From the human T2T-CHM13v2.0 reference genome, Homo sapiens: a stretch of DNA of 64,000 nt. Under the pieces are notes generated by a model, which made no database searches, was not told where the DNA came from, and was given only the letters and a program-made list of their open reading frames with translations. Each line of letters opens with the position of its first letter. Within the stretch, counting starts at the first letter, position 1. The stretch lies in assembly GCF_009914755.1 (NCBI RefSeq), contig NC_060948.1. The stretch is one strand, 5' to 3'. Below, piece after piece: positions 1-21,299 of this stretch. The position numbers were made by a program, and so were the translations under genes.

Positions 1-127
1 TTCCATAGACCGAAAGGTCATTGAAGGCTCAGAGTTTTGTTTCAAGAACTGAATCCCAAGCCCACACGTTATTGGGCTGCGCTTCTTAAAACAAGTTATG
101 AGATTGGAAAAAGGGCACCCACAATCA

Positions 128-1977
<1,850 letters not shown>

Positions 1978-2550
1978 AGAACCACATTTTTTAAATGAAA
2001 AAAAATTTCAAAGGTACTCTGCTTGGTACAATAATCAAATGTATAAACTGAGGAATAAAACATAACCATGGAACCTACTTATAACTGCATATGGAAAATA
2101 CAGAGGATAATTATTTAAATAACATATTTTGAAAGCCTTAACTAGTAATTTGAAGGGTTGGCATTTGAAAGGCCAGTATGAATATACCTTCAAAGCAGCA
2201 ACACAGGTTCCCCATGAGAAAAAGCAAACTCAGGGAAAATAAAACAACAAAGGTTCAATCTCTTCTGACCTTTGAAAGACACAGCACAGACAGTGGTCCT
2301 TAGGACGAATAGCAGGAGACCCCTAATTCCGTCACCATGGCGATAGGGCATAAACATTGCTGGGTGAGGGCACAATCGACATTGTGAGGTCCAACTGTTG
2401 CCAGGAAGACAGGAGTGCTTTTACATAGACCGAAAGGTCATTGAAGGCTCAGAGTTTTGTTTCAAGAACTGAATCCCAAGCTCACACGTTATTGGGCTGC
2501 GCTTCTTAAAACAAGTTATGAGATGGGAAAAAGGGCACCCACAAACATAC
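1978..2550. repeat. HSATI-like subunit of DYZ2 (representative copy; present in every unit, partial at 1-127)
   Basis: ~570-bp non-Alu, non-simple segment between the Alu 5' end and the next AT-rich tract. The HSATI name is assigned from the known DYZ2 layout, not from an alignment. Confidence 0.7.
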
Positions 2551-4082
2551 GTATACATTATGTATATAATAATATACAGTATCATATATATAATATATAT
2601 AACCTATGTATAATATTGTTTTACATCCTGCATCTTATCTTATATATATTGTATAAAATATAATAATTGATAATATATAAGTTTTATATTTATACAATAT
2701 GACATATAGTATATATTATAATTTATGACATATATAATATATGTTATATATCATATATAGAATATATTATACGGTTAATATATGTATTAAATATAAATTA
2801 TACGTTATATACATAATATATAATATATCTGTTATATATAATACCCTTTATGCATAATATATATATTATGTCTATGTTATATATAGTATAAAACAACATA
2901 TAATAATATATAATTGTATATGTAAAATGTGACATATAATATATATTATATTTCATGCCATATGTAATATATATTATATATTATATATAATACGTTGTAT
3001 GTATAATACCTATATTAAATATATATGCTATGACTATGTTATTAATTACATGTGACATGTGTTATATATTTTATATTTTACATACAATATACCGGTTACA
3101 TACAATATATACTATCTTACCTACAATGTATAATTTATTACATGTAAAATAAAGAATGCAATATATTATGTATAATTTATAATATACAATATGTGGAATG
3201 TGATATATATAACATATAATATATGATATATGATATACAGTATATGATATATAACAGACAATATATGATACCTAATATATATGGTATACAATATATATTT
3301 TATGATATGTATTCTATATGTTTTATATTCTGTTATATATAACTATTTGAAATTATATATAACTGTATAATATTTTATGTAAATATGTAATATAATATAT
3401 ATAACTATATAATATATTATATATAACTATATATTATGTTATATATACTTTTATAACATAATTTACAAAAAATATCATAATATAATATATATTATATTAT
3501 TTCATATTACATAATATATATTACATATCACCCAATATAAGTAACATACATAATATTATAATATAGATTATATTATGTTATATTAAATATCATATATATC
3601 ATGTATCATATATTCTATAATATATATTATACATTATATAATATGTAAGTTGTCTATTATGTGATATATATAACTATATATATAATTACATTATTATACA
3701 TATAACTAGATAAACATGTAATTCTACATATTTTCATTTATAATATATAGAATTATATAATCATATATAATTATTTATATTCTATAAAAAATTATATCAT
3801 TATATAAATTATAATATATAAAAATTATAATATGTACTAAAAACAGATATATTATATATCATATATGATATAGTACCTTTGTTATATATCATAATACATA
3901 TAAATGTGTATTATGTTATCTATAATTATATATTTTCGTATATAAGATGTATAATATGTATTATATATTTTATATGTTATGTAATATATATAGTATATAT
4001 AAGATGACACAGGATAAATATTATATACTATGACATATAAAATATATGAGGTTATATGTTACATATAAGTCATAGCACATAA

Positions 4083-4397
<315 letters not shown>

Positions 4398-6524
4398 AGA
4401 TCCATATTTTTTAAATGAAAAAAAATTTCAAAGGTACTCTGCTTGGTACAATAATCAAATGTATAAACTGAGGAATAAAACATAACCATGAAACCTACTT
4501 ATAACTGCATATGGAAAATACAGAGGATAATTTTTTAAATAACATATTTTGAAAGCCTTAACTAGTAATTTGAAGAGTTGGCATTTGAAAGGCCAGTATG
4601 AATATACCTTCAAAGCAGCAACACAGGTTCCCCATGAGAAAAAGCAAACTCAGGGAAAATAAAACCACAAAGGTTCAATGTCTTTTGACCTTTGAAAGAC
4701 ACAGCACAGACAGTGGTCCTTAGGACGAAGAGCAGGAGACCCCTAATTCCGTCACCATGGCGATAGGGCATAAACATTGCTGGGTGAGGGCACTATCCAC
4801 ATTGTGAGGTCCAACTGCTGCCAGGAGGACAGGAGTGGTTTTACATAGACCGAAAGGTCATTGAAGGCTCAGAGTTTTGTTTCAAGAACTGAATCCCAAG
4901 CCCACACGTTATTAGGCTGCGCTTCTTAAGACAAGTTATGAGATGGGAAAAAGGGCACCCACAAACATACGTATACATTATGTATATAATAATATACAGT
5001 ATCATATATATAATATATATAACCTATGTATAATATTGTTTTACATCCTGCATCTTATACTATATATATTGTATAAAATATAATAATTGATAATATATAA
5101 GTTTTATATTTATACAATATGTCATATATTATATATTATAATTTATGACATATATATTATATGTTATATATCATATATAGAATATATTATACGGTTAATA
5201 TACGTATTAAATATAAATTATATATTATATACATTATATATAATATATCTGTTATATATAATACCCATTATGCATAATATATATATTATGTCTATGTTAT
5301 ATATAGTATAAAACAACATATAATAATATATAATTGTATATATAAAAGGTGACATATAATATATATTATATTTTATGACATATGTAATATATATTATATA
5401 TTATATATAATACATTGTATGTATAATACCTATATTAAATATATATGCTATGACTATGTTATTAATTACATGTCACATGTGTTATATATTATATATTTTA
5501 CATAGAATATACCGGTTACATACAATATATACTATGTTACCTACAATGTATAATTTATTACATGTAAAATAAAGAATGCAATATATTATGTATAATTTAT
5601 AATATACAATATGTGGAATGTGATATATATAACATATAATATATGATATATTATATACAGTATATGATATATAACATACAATATATGATACCTAATATAT
5701 ATGGTATAAAATATATATTTTAAGATATGTATTCTATATGTTTTATATTCTGTTATATATAACTATTTGAAATTATATATAACTGTATAATATTTTATGT
5801 AAATATGTAATATAATATATATAACTATATAATATATTATATATAACTATATATTATGTTGTATATACTTTTATAACATAATTTACATAAAATATCATAA
5901 TATAATATATATTATATTATTTCATATTACATAATATATATTACATATCACCCAATATAAGTAACATACATAATATTATAATATAGATTATATTATGTTA
6001 TATTAAATATCATATATATCATGTATCATATATTCTATAATATATATTATACATTATATAATATGTATGTTGTCTATTATGTGATATATATAACTATATA
6101 TATAATTATATTATTATACATATAACTAGATAAACATGTAATTCTACATATTTTCATTTATAATATATAGAATTATATAATCATATATAATTATTTATAT
6201 TCTAAAAAAATTATATCATTATATAAATTATAATATATAAAATTTATAATATGTACTACAAATATATATATTATATATCATATATGATATAGTACCTTTG
6301 TTATATATCATATTACATATAAATGTGTATTATGATATCTATAATTATATAATTTCATATATAAGATGTATAATATGTATTATATATTGTATATGTTATG
6401 TAATATATATAGTATATATAAGATGACACAGGATAAATATTATATACTATGACATATAAAATATATAAGGTTATATGTTACATATAAGGCATAGCACATA
6501 ACATGTAATTGATATCATATATAA

Positions 6525-6817
6525 TTTTTTTTTTAGACAGAGTTTTGTCCTGTTGCACTGGGTGGAGTACAATGGCGCCATCTTTGCTCACTGCAACATC
6601 TGCCTCACGGGTCCAAGCGATTGTCCTCCCTCAGCTTCCCAGGTAGCTGGGACTACACCACACTGGGACTATACCAGCTGCCACCATGCCTAGCTAATTT
6701 TTTGGAATTTTAGTAGTGACAGCGTTTCACTGTATTGGCCAGGATGGTCTTGATCTCTTCACCTTGTGATCCCCTTGCGTTGGCCTCCAAATTTGCTGGG
6801 ATTACAGGCCTGAGCCA
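6525..6817 (-). mobile_element. Diverged Alu SINE in DYZ2 unit 3
   Basis: Same antisense Alu motifs as unit 1. Confidence 0.95.
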
Positions 6818-8921
6818 AGATCCATATTTTTTAAATGAAAAAAAATTTCAAAGGTACTCTGCTTGGTACAATAATCAAATAAATAAACTGAGGAATAAAT
6901 CATAACCATGAAACATACTTATAACTGCATTTGGAAAATACAGAGGATAATTTTTTAAATAACATATTTTGAAAGCCTTAACTAGTAATTTGAAGAGTTG
7001 GCATTTGAAAGGCCAGTATGAATATACCTCCAAATCAGCAACACAGGTTCCCCATGAGAAAAAACAGACTCAGGGAAAATAAAACTGAAAAGGTTCAATC
7101 TCTTCTGACTTTTGAAAGACACAGCACAGACAGTGGTCCTTAGGTCGAAGAGCAGGAGACCCCTAATTCCGTCACCATGGCGATAGGGCATAAACATTGC
7201 TGGGTGAGGGCACAATCTACATTGTGAGGTCCAAGTGCTGCCAGGAAGACAGGAGTGCTTTTACATAGACCGAAAGGTCATTGAAGGCTCAGAGTTTTGT
7301 TTCAAGAACTGAATCCCAAGCCCACACGTTATTAGGCTGCGCTTCTTAAAACAAGTTATGAGATGGGAAAAAGGGCACGCAAAAACATACGTATACATTA
7401 TGTATATAATAATATACAGCATCATATATATAATATATATAACCTATGTATAATATTGTTTTACATCCTGCATCTTATATTATATATATTGTATAAAATA
7501 TAATAATTGATAATATATAAGTTTTATATTTATACATTATGACATATAGTATATATTATAATTTATGACGTATATAATATATGTTATATATAATATATAT
7601 AATATATTATACGGTTAATATACGTATTAAATATAAATTATACATTATTTATATTATATATAATATATCTGTTATATATAATACCCATTATGCATAATAT
7701 ATATATTATGTCTATGATATTTATAGTATAAAACAACATATAATAATATATAATTGTATATATAAAAGGTGACATATAATATATATTATATTTTATGACA
7801 TATGTAATATATATTATATATTATATATAATACGTTGTATGTATAATACCTATATTAAATATATATGATATGATTATGTTATTAATTACATGTCACATGT
7901 GTTATATATTATATATTTTACATAGAATATACCGGTTACATACAATATATACTATGTTACCTACAATGTATAATTTATTACATGTAAAATAAAGAATGCA
8001 ATATATTATGTATAATTTATAATATACAATATGTGGAATGTGATATATATAACATATAATATATGATATATGATATACAGTATATGATATATAACATACA
8101 ATATATGATACCTAATATATATGGTATACAATATATATTTTATGATATGTATTCTATATGTTTTATATTCTGTTATATATAACTATTTGAAATTATATAT
8201 AACTGTATAATATTTTATGTGAATATGTAATATAATATATATAACTATATAATATATTATATATAACTATATATTACGTTATATATACTTTTATAACATA
8301 ATTTACATAAAATATCATAATATAATATATATTATATTATTTCATATTACATAATATATATTACATATCACCCAATATAAGTAACATACATAATATTATA
8401 ATATAGATTATATTATGTTATATTAAATATCCTATATATCATGTATCATATATTCTATAATATATATTTTACATTATATAATATGTATGTTGTCTATTAT
8501 GTGATATATATAACTATATATATAATTATATTATTATACATATAACTAGATAAACATGTAATTCTACATATTTTCATTTATAATATATAGAATTATATAA
8601 TCATATATAATTATTTATATTCTAAAAAAATTATATCATTATATAAATTATAATATATAAAATTTATAATTTGTACTACAAATATATATATTATATATCA
8701 TATATTTTATAGTACCTTTGTTATATATCATATTACATATAAATGTGTATTATGATATCTATAATTATATAATTTCATATATAAGATGAATAATATGTAT
8801 TATATATTGTATATGTTATGTAATATATATAGTATATATAAGATGACACAGGATAAATATTATATACTATGACATATAAAATATATGAGGTTATATGTTA
8901 CATATAAGGCATAGCACATAA

Positions 8922-9237
<316 letters not shown>

Positions 9238-11336
9238 AGATCCATATTTTTTAAATGAAAAGAAATTTCAAAGGTACTCTGCTTGGTACAATAATCAAAT
9301 GTATAAACTGAGGAATAAATCACAACCTTGAAACATACTTATAACTGCATATGGAAAATACAGAGGATAATTTTTTAAATAACATATTTTGAAAGCCTTA
9401 ACTAGTAATTTGAAGAGTTGGCATTTGAAAGGCCAGTATGAATATACCTCCAAAGCAGCAACACAGGTTCCCCATGAGAAAAAACAGACTCAGGGAAAAT
9501 AAAACCACAAAGGTTCAATCTCTTCTGACTTTTGAAAGACACAGCACAGACAGTGGTCCTTAGGACGAAGAGCAGGAGACCCCTAATTCCGTCACCATGG
9601 CGATAGGGCATAAACATTGCTGGGTGAGGGCACAATCCACATTGTGAGGTCCAACTGCTGCCAGGAAGACAGGAGTGCTTTTACATAGACCGAAAGGTCA
9701 TTGAAGGCTCAGAGTTTTGTTTCAAGAACTGAATCCCAAGCCCACACGTTATTAGGCTGCGCTTCTTAAAACAAGTTATGAGATGGGAAAAAGGGTACCC
9801 AAAAACATGCGTATACATTATGTATATAATAATATACAGTATCATATATATAATATATATAACCTATGTATAATATTGTTTTACATCCTGCATCTTATAT
9901 TATATATATTGTATAAAATATAATAATTGATAATATATAAGTTTTATATTTATACATTATGACATATAGTATATATTATAATTTATGACGTATATAATAT
10001 ATGTTATATATCATATATAGAATATATTATACGGTTAATATACGTATTAAATATAAATTATACATTATATATATTATATATAATATATCTGTTATATATA
10101 ATACCCATTATGCATAATATATATATTATGTCTATGTTATATATAGTATAAAACAACATATAATAATATATAATTGTATATATAAAATGCGACATATAAT
10201 ATATATTATATTTTATGACATATGTAATATATATTATATATTATATATAATACGTTGTATGTATAATACCTATATTAAATATATATAATATGACTATGTT
10301 ATTAATTACATGTCACATGTGTTATATGTTATATATTTTACATAGAATATACCGGTTACATATAATATATACTATGTTACCTATAATGTATAATTTATTA
10401 CATGTAAAATAAAGAATGCAATATATTATGTATAATTTATAATATACAATATGTGGAATGTGATATATATAACATGTATGATATATGATATACAGTATAT
10501 GATATATAACATACAATATATGATACCTAATATATATGGTATACAATATATATTTTATGATATGTATTCTATATGTTTTATATTCTGTTATATATAACTA
10601 TTTGAAATTATATATAACTGTATAATATTTTATGTAAATATGTAATGTAATATATATAACTATATAATATATTATATATAACTATATATTATGTTATATA
10701 TACTTTTATAACATAATTTACATAAAATATCATAATATAATATATATTATATTATTTCATATTACATAATATATATTTCATATCACCCAATATAAGTAAC
10801 ATACATAATATTATAATATAGATTATATTATGTTATATTAAATATCATATATATCATGTATCATGTATTCTATAATATATATTATACATTATATAATATG
10901 TATGTTGTCTACTATGTGATATATATAACTATATATATAATTATATTATTATACATATAACTAGATAAACATGTAATTCTACATAATTTCATTTATAATA
11001 TATAGAATTATATAATCATATATAATTATTTATATTCTAAAAAAATTATATCATTATATAAATTATAATATATAAAATTTATAATATGTACTACAAATAT
11101 ATATATTATATATCATATATGATATAGTACCTTTGTTATATATCATATTACATATAAATGTGTATTATGATATCTATAATTATATAATTTCATATATAAG
11201 ATGTATAATATGTATTATATATTGTATATGTTATGTAATATATATAGTATATATAAGATGACACAGGATAAATATTATATACTATGACATATAAAATATA
11301 TGAGGTTATATGTTTCATATAAGGCATAGCACGTAA

Positions 11337-11652
<316 letters not shown>

Positions 11653-13755
11653 AGATCCATATTTTTTAAATGAAAAAAAATTTCAAAGGTACTCTGCTTG
11701 GTACAATAATCAAATGTATAAACTGAGGAATAAAACATAACCATGAAACCTACTTATAACTGCATATGGAAAATACAGAGGATAATTTTTTAAATAACAT
11801 ATTTTGAAAGCCTTAACTAGTAATTTGAAGAGTTGGCATTTGAAAGGCCAGTATGAATATACCTCCAAAGCAGCAACACAGGTTCCCCATGAGAAAAAAC
11901 AGACTCAGGGAAAATAAAACCGAAAAGGTTCAATCTCTTCTGACTTTTGAAAGACACAGCACAGACAGTGGTCCTTAGGACGAAGAGCAGGAGACCCCTA
12001 ATTCCGTCACCATGGCGATAGGGCATAAACATTGCTGGGTGTGGGCACAATCCACATTGTGGGGTCCAACTGCTGCCAGGAAGACAGGAGTGCTTTTACA
12101 TAGACCGAAAGCTCATTGAAGGCTCAGAGTTTTGTTTCAAGAACTGAATCCCAAGCCCACACGTTATTAGGCTGCGCTTCTTAAAACAAGTTATGAGATG
12201 GGAAAAAGGGCACCCACAAACATACGTATACATTATGTATATAATAATATACAGTATCATATATATATATATATAACCTATGTATAATATTGTTTTACAT
12301 CCTGCATCTTATATTATATATATTGTATAAAATATAATAATTGATAATATATAAGTTTTATATTTATACAATATGACATATAGTATACATTATAATTTAT
12401 GACATATATAATATATGTTATATGTCATATATAGAATATATTATACGGTTAATATAAGTATTAAATATAAATTATACATTCTTTATATTATATAAAATAT
12501 ATCTGTTATATATAATACCCATTATACATAAGTTATATATTATGTCTATGTTATATATAGTATAAAACAACATTTAATAATATATAATTTTATATATAAA
12601 ATGTGACATATAATTTATATTATATTTTATGACATATGTAATATATATTATATATTATATATAATACGTTGTATGTATAATATCTATATTAAATATATAT
12701 TATATGACTATGTTATTAATTACATGTCACATATGTTATATATTATATATTTTACATAGAATATACCGGTTACATACAATATATTCTATGTTACCTATAA
12801 TGTAGAATTTCTTACATGCAATATAAAGAATGTCATATATTATATATAATTTATAATATACAATATGTGCAATGTGATATATATAACATATAATATATTA
12901 TATATGATATACAGTATATGATATATAACATACAATATATGATACCTAATATATATGGTATACAATTTATATTTTATGATATGTATTCTATGTGTTTTAT
13001 ATTCTGTTATATATAACTATTTGAAATTATATATAACTGTATAATATTTGATGCAAATATGTAATAGAATATATATAACTATATAATATATTATATATAA
13101 CTATATATTATGTTATATATACTTTTATAACATAATTCACATAAAATATCATAATATAATATATATTATATTATTTCATATTACATAATATATATTACAT
13201 ATCACCCAATATAAGTAACATACATAATATTATAATATAGATTATATTATGTTATATTAAATATCATATATATCATGTATCATATATTCTATAATATATA
13301 TCATACATTATATAATATGTATGTTGTCTATTATGTGATATATATAACCATATATATAATTATATTATTATACATATAACTAGATAAACATGTAATTCTA
13401 CATAATTTCATTTATAATATATAGAATTATATTATCATATATAATTATTTATATTCTAAAAAAATTATATCATTATATAAATTATAATATATAATATTCA
13501 TAATATGTACTACAAATATATATATTATATATCATATATGATATAGTACCTTTGTTATATATCATATTACATATAAATGTGTATTATGATATCTACAATT
13601 ATATAATTTCATATATAAGATGTACAATATGTATTATATATTTTATATGTTATGTAATATATATAGTATATATAAGATGACACAGGATAAATATTATATG
13701 TTATGACATATAAAATATATGAGGTTATATGTTTCATATAAGGCATAGCACATAA

Positions 13756-14071
<316 letters not shown>

Positions 14072-16174
14072 AGATCCATATTTTTTAAATGAAAAAAAAT
14101 TTCAAAGGTACTCTGCTTGGTACAATAATCAAATGTATAAACTGAGGAATAAAACATAACCATGAAACCTACTTATAACTGCATATGGAAAATACAGAGG
14201 ATAATTTTTTAAATAACATATTTTGAAAGCCTTAACTAGTAATTTGAAGGGTTGGCATTTGAAAGGCCAGTATGAATATACCTCCAAAGCAGCAACACAG
14301 GTTCCCCATGAGAAAAAACAGACGCAGGGAAAATAAAACCAAAAAGGTTCAATCTCTTCTGACCTTTGAAAGACACAGCACAGACAGTGGTCCTTAGGAC
14401 GAAGAGCAGGAGACCCCTAATTCCGTCACCATGGCGATAGGGCATAAACATTGCTGGGTGAGGGCACAATCCACATTGTGAGGTCCAACTGCTGCCAGGA
14501 AGACAGGAGTGCTTTTACATAGACCGAAAAGTCATTGAAGGCTCAGAGTTTTGTTTCAAGAACTGAATCCCAAGCACACACGTTATTATGCTGCGCTTCT
14601 TAAAACAAGTTATGAGATGGGAAAAAGGGCACCCACAAACATATGTATACATTATGTATATAATAATATACAGTATCATATGTATAATATATATAACCTA
14701 TGTATAATATTGTTTTGCATCCTGCATCTTATATTATATATATTGTATAAAATATAATAATTGATAATATATAAGTTTTATATTTATACAATATGACATA
14801 TAGTATACATTATAATTTATGACATATATAATATATGTTATATGTCATATATAGAATATATTATACGGTTAATATACGTATTAAATATAAATTATACATT
14901 CTCTATATTATATAAAATATATCTGTTATATATAATACCCATTATACATAAGTTATATATTATGTCTATGTTATATATAGTATAAAACAACATTTAATAA
15001 TATATAATTGTATATATAAAATGTGACATATAATTTATATTATATTTTATGACATATGTAATATATATTACATATTATATATAATACGTTGTATGTATAA
15101 TATTTATATTAAATATATATTATATGACTATGTTATTAATTACATGTCACATATGTTATATATTATATATTTTACATAGAATATACCGGTTACATACAAT
15201 ATATTCTATGTTACCTATAATGTAGAATTTCTTACATGCAATATAAAGAATGTCATATATTATATATAATTTATAATATACAATATGTGCAATGTGATAT
15301 ATATAACATATAATATATGATATATGATATACAGTATATGATATATAACATACAATATATGATACCTAATATATATGGTATATAATTTATATTTTATGAT
15401 ATGTATTCTATATGTTTTATATTCTGTTATATATAACTATTTGAAATTATATATAACTGTATAATATTTGATGCAAATATGTAATAGAATATATATAACT
15501 ATATAATATATTATATATAACTATATATTATGTTATATATACTTTTATAACATAATTCACATAAAATATCATAATATAATATATATTATATTATTTCATA
15601 TTACATAGTATATATTACATATCACCCAATATAAGTAACATACATAATATTATAATATAGATTATATTATGTTATATTAAATATCATATATATCATGTAT
15701 CATATATTCTATAATATATATGATACATTATATAATATGCATGTTGTCTACTATGTGATATATATAACTATATATATAATTATATTATTATACATATAAC
15801 TACATAAACATGTAATTCTATATATTTTCATTAATAATAAATAGAATTATATAATCATAAATAATTATTTATATTCTATAAAAAATTATATCATTATATA
15901 AATTATAATATATAAAAATTATAATATGTACCACAAATATATATATTATTTATCATATATGATATAGTACCTTTGTTATATATCATATTACATATAAATG
16001 TGTATTATCTTATCTATAATTATATAATTTCATATATAAGGTGTATTATATATTATATATTTTATATGTTATGTAATTTATATAGTACATATAAGATGAC
16101 AGAGGATAAATATTTTATACTATGACATATAAAATATATGAGGTTATATGTTACATATAAGGCATAGCACGTAA

Positions 16175-16489
<315 letters not shown>

Positions 16490-18617
16490 AGATCCATATT
16501 TTTTAAATGAAAAAAAATTTCAAAGGTACTCTGCTTGGTACAATAATCAAATGTATAAACTGAGGAATAAAACATAACCATGAAACCTACTTATAACTGC
16601 ATATGGAAAATACAGAGGATAATTTTTTAAATAACACATTTTGAAAGCCTTAACTAGTAATTTGAAGAGTTGGCATTTGAAAGGCCAGTATGAATATACC
16701 TTCAAAGCAGCAACACAGGTTCCCCATGAGAAAAAGCAAACTCAGGGAAAATGAAACCACAAAGGTTCAATCTCTTCTGACCTTTGAAAGACACAGCACA
16801 GACAGTGGTCCTTAGGACGAAGAGCAGGAGACCCCTAATTCCGTCACCATGGCGATAGGGCATAAACATTGCTGGGTGAGGGCACAATCCACATTGTGAG
16901 GTCCAACTGCTGCCAGGAAGACAGGAGTGCTTTTACATAGACCGAAAGGTCATTGAAGGCTCAGAGTTTTGTTTCAAGAACTGAATCCCAAGCCCACACG
17001 TTATTAGGCTGCGCTTCTTAAAACAAGTTATGAGATGGGAAAAAGGGCACCCACAAACATACGTATACATTATGTATATAATAATATACAGTATCATATA
17101 TATAATATATATAACCTATGTATAATATTGTTTTACATCCTGCATCTTATGTTATATATATTGTATAAAATATAATAATTGATAATATATAAGTTTTATA
17201 TTTATACAATATGACATATAGTATATATTATAATTTATGACATATATAATATATGTTATATATCATATATAGAATATATTATACGGTTAATATACGTATT
17301 AAATATAAATTATACATTATATATATTATATATAATATATCTGTTATATATAATACCCACTATGCATAATATATATATTATGTCTATGTTATATATAGTA
17401 GAAAACAACATATAATAATATATAATTGTATATATAAAATGCGACATATAATATATATTATATTTTATGACATATGTAATATATATTATATATTATATAT
17501 AATACGTAGTATGTATAATACCTATATTAAATATATATTATATGACTATGTTATTAATTACATGTCACATGTGTTATATATTATATATTTTACATAGAAT
17601 ATACCGGTTACATTCAATATATACTATGTTACCTACAATGTATAATTGATTACATGTAAAATAAAGAATGCAATATATTATGTATAATTTATAATATACA
17701 ATATGTGGAATGTGATATATATAACATATAATATATGATATATGATATAAAGTATATGATATATAACATACAATATATGATAACTAATATGTATGGTATA
17801 CAATATATATTTTATGATATGTATTCTATATGTTATATATTCTGTTATATATAACTATTTGAAATTATATATAACTGTAAAATATTTTATGTAAATATGT
17901 AATATAATATATATAACTATATAATATATTATATATAACTATATATTATGTTATATACACTTTTATAACATAATTTACATAAAATATCATAATATAATAT
18001 ATATTATATTATTTCATATTACATAATATATATTACATATCACCAAATATAAGTAACATACATAATATTATAATATAGATTATATTATGTTATATTAAAT
18101 ATCATATATATCATGTATCATATATTCTATAATATATATTATACATTATATAATATGTATGTTGTCTATTATGTGATATATATAACTATATATATAATTA
18201 TATTATTATACATATAACTAGATAAACATGTAATTCTACATATTTTCTTTTATGATATAGAGAATTATATAATCATATATAATTATTTATATTCAATAAA
18301 AAATTTTGTCATTATATAAATTATAATATATAAAAATTATAATATGTACTACAAATATATATATTATATATCATATATGATATAGTACCTTTGTTATATA
18401 TCATAATACATATAAATGTGTATTATGTTATCTATAATTATATAATTTCATATATAAGATGTATAATATGTATCATATATTATATATGTTATGTAATATA
18501 TATAGTATACATAAGATGACACAGGATAATTATTATATACTATGACATATAAAATATATGAGGTTATATGTTACATTTAAGGCATAGCACATAACATGTA
18601 ATATATATCATATATAA

Positions 18618-18909
<292 letters not shown>

Positions 18910-21007
18910 AGATCCATATTTTTTAAATGAAAAAAAATTTCAAAGGTACTCTGCTTGGTACAATAATCAAATGTATAAACTGAGGAATAAAACATAACCA
19001 TGAAATCTACTTATAACTGCATATGGAAAATACAGAGGATAATTTTTTAAATAACATATTTTGAAAGCCTTAACTAGTAATTTGAAGAGTTGGCATTTGA
19101 AAGGCCAGTATGAATATACCTTCAAAGCAGCAACACAGGTTCCCCATGAGAAAAAGCAAACTCAGGGAAAATAAAACCACAAAGGTTCAATCTCTTCTGA
19201 CCTTTGAAAGACACAGCACAGACAGTGGTCCTTAGGACGAAGAGCAGGAGACCCCTAATTCCGTCACCATGGCGATAGGGCATAAACATTGCTGGGTGAG
19301 GGCACAATCCACATTGTGAGGTCCAACTGCTGCCAGGAAGACAGGAGTGCTTTTACATAGACCGAAAGGTCATTGAAGGCTCAGAGTTTTGTTTCAAGAA
19401 CTGAATCCCAAGCCCACACGTTATTAGGCTGCGCTTCTTAAAACAAGTTATGAGATGGGAAAAAGGGCACCCACAAACATACGTATACATTATGTATATA
19501 ATAATATACAGTATCATATATATAATATATATAACCTACGTATAATATTGTTTTACATCCTGCATCTTATGTTATATATATTGTATAAAATATAATAATT
19601 GATAATATATAAGTTTTATATTTATACAATAAGACATATAGTATATATTATAATTTATGACATATATAATATATGTTATATATCATATATAGAATATATT
19701 ATACGGTTAATATACGTATTAAATATAAATTATACATTATATATATTATATATAATATATCTGTTATATATAATACCCATTATGCATAATATATATATTA
19801 TGTCTATGTTATATATAGTAGAAAACAACATATAATAATATATAATTGTATATATAAAATGCGACATATAATATATATTATATTTTATGACATATATAAT
19901 ATATATTATATATTATATATAATACGTTGTATGTATAATACCTATATTAAATATATATTATATGACTATGTTATTAATTACATGTCACATGTGTTATATA
20001 TTATATATTTTACATAGAATATGCCGGTTACATACAATATATACTATGTTACCTACAATGTATAATTTATTACATGTAAAATAAAGAATGCAATATATTA
20101 TGTATAATTTATAATATTCAATATGTGGAATGTGATATATATAACATATAATATATGATATACGATATACAGTATATGATATATAACATACAATATATGA
20201 TACCTAATATATATGGTATACAATATATATTTTATGATATGTATTCTATATGTTTTATATTCTGTTATATATAACTATTTGAAATTATATATAACTGTAT
20301 TATATTTTATGTAAATATGTAATATAATATATATAACTATATAACATATTATATATAACTATATATTATGTTTTATATACTTTTATAACATAATTTACAT
20401 AAAATATCATAATATAATATATATTATATTATTTCATATTACATAATATATATTACATATCACCCAATATAAGTAACATATATAATATTATAATATAGAT
20501 TATATTATGTTATATTAAATATCATATATATCATGTATCACATATTCTATAATATATATTACACATTATATAATATGTATGTTGTCTATTATGTGATATA
20601 TGTAACTATATATATAATTATATTATTATACATATAACTAAATAAACATGTAATTCTACATATTTTCATTTATAATATATAGAATTATATAATCATATAT
20701 ATCATTATTTATATTCCATAAAAAATTATATCATTATATAAATTATAATATATAAAAATTATAATATGTACTACAAATATATATATTATATATCATATAT
20801 GATATAGTACCTTTGTTATATATCATAATACATATAAATGTGTATTATGTTATCTATAATTATATAATTTCATATATAAGATGTATAATATGTATCATAT
20901 ATTATATATGTTATGTAATATATATAGTATATATAAAATGACACAGGATAAATATTATATACTATGACATATAAAATATATGAGGTTATAATATATATCA
21001 TATATAA

Positions 21008-21299
<292 letters not shown>

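Noticed and set aside
2325-2390. Short inverted repeats in the HSATI-like segment (TCACCATGGCGA; CACAAT-N4-ATTGTG)
   Set aside because: Stems of ~6 bp are expected by chance and there is no evidence for a structured RNA or terminator.
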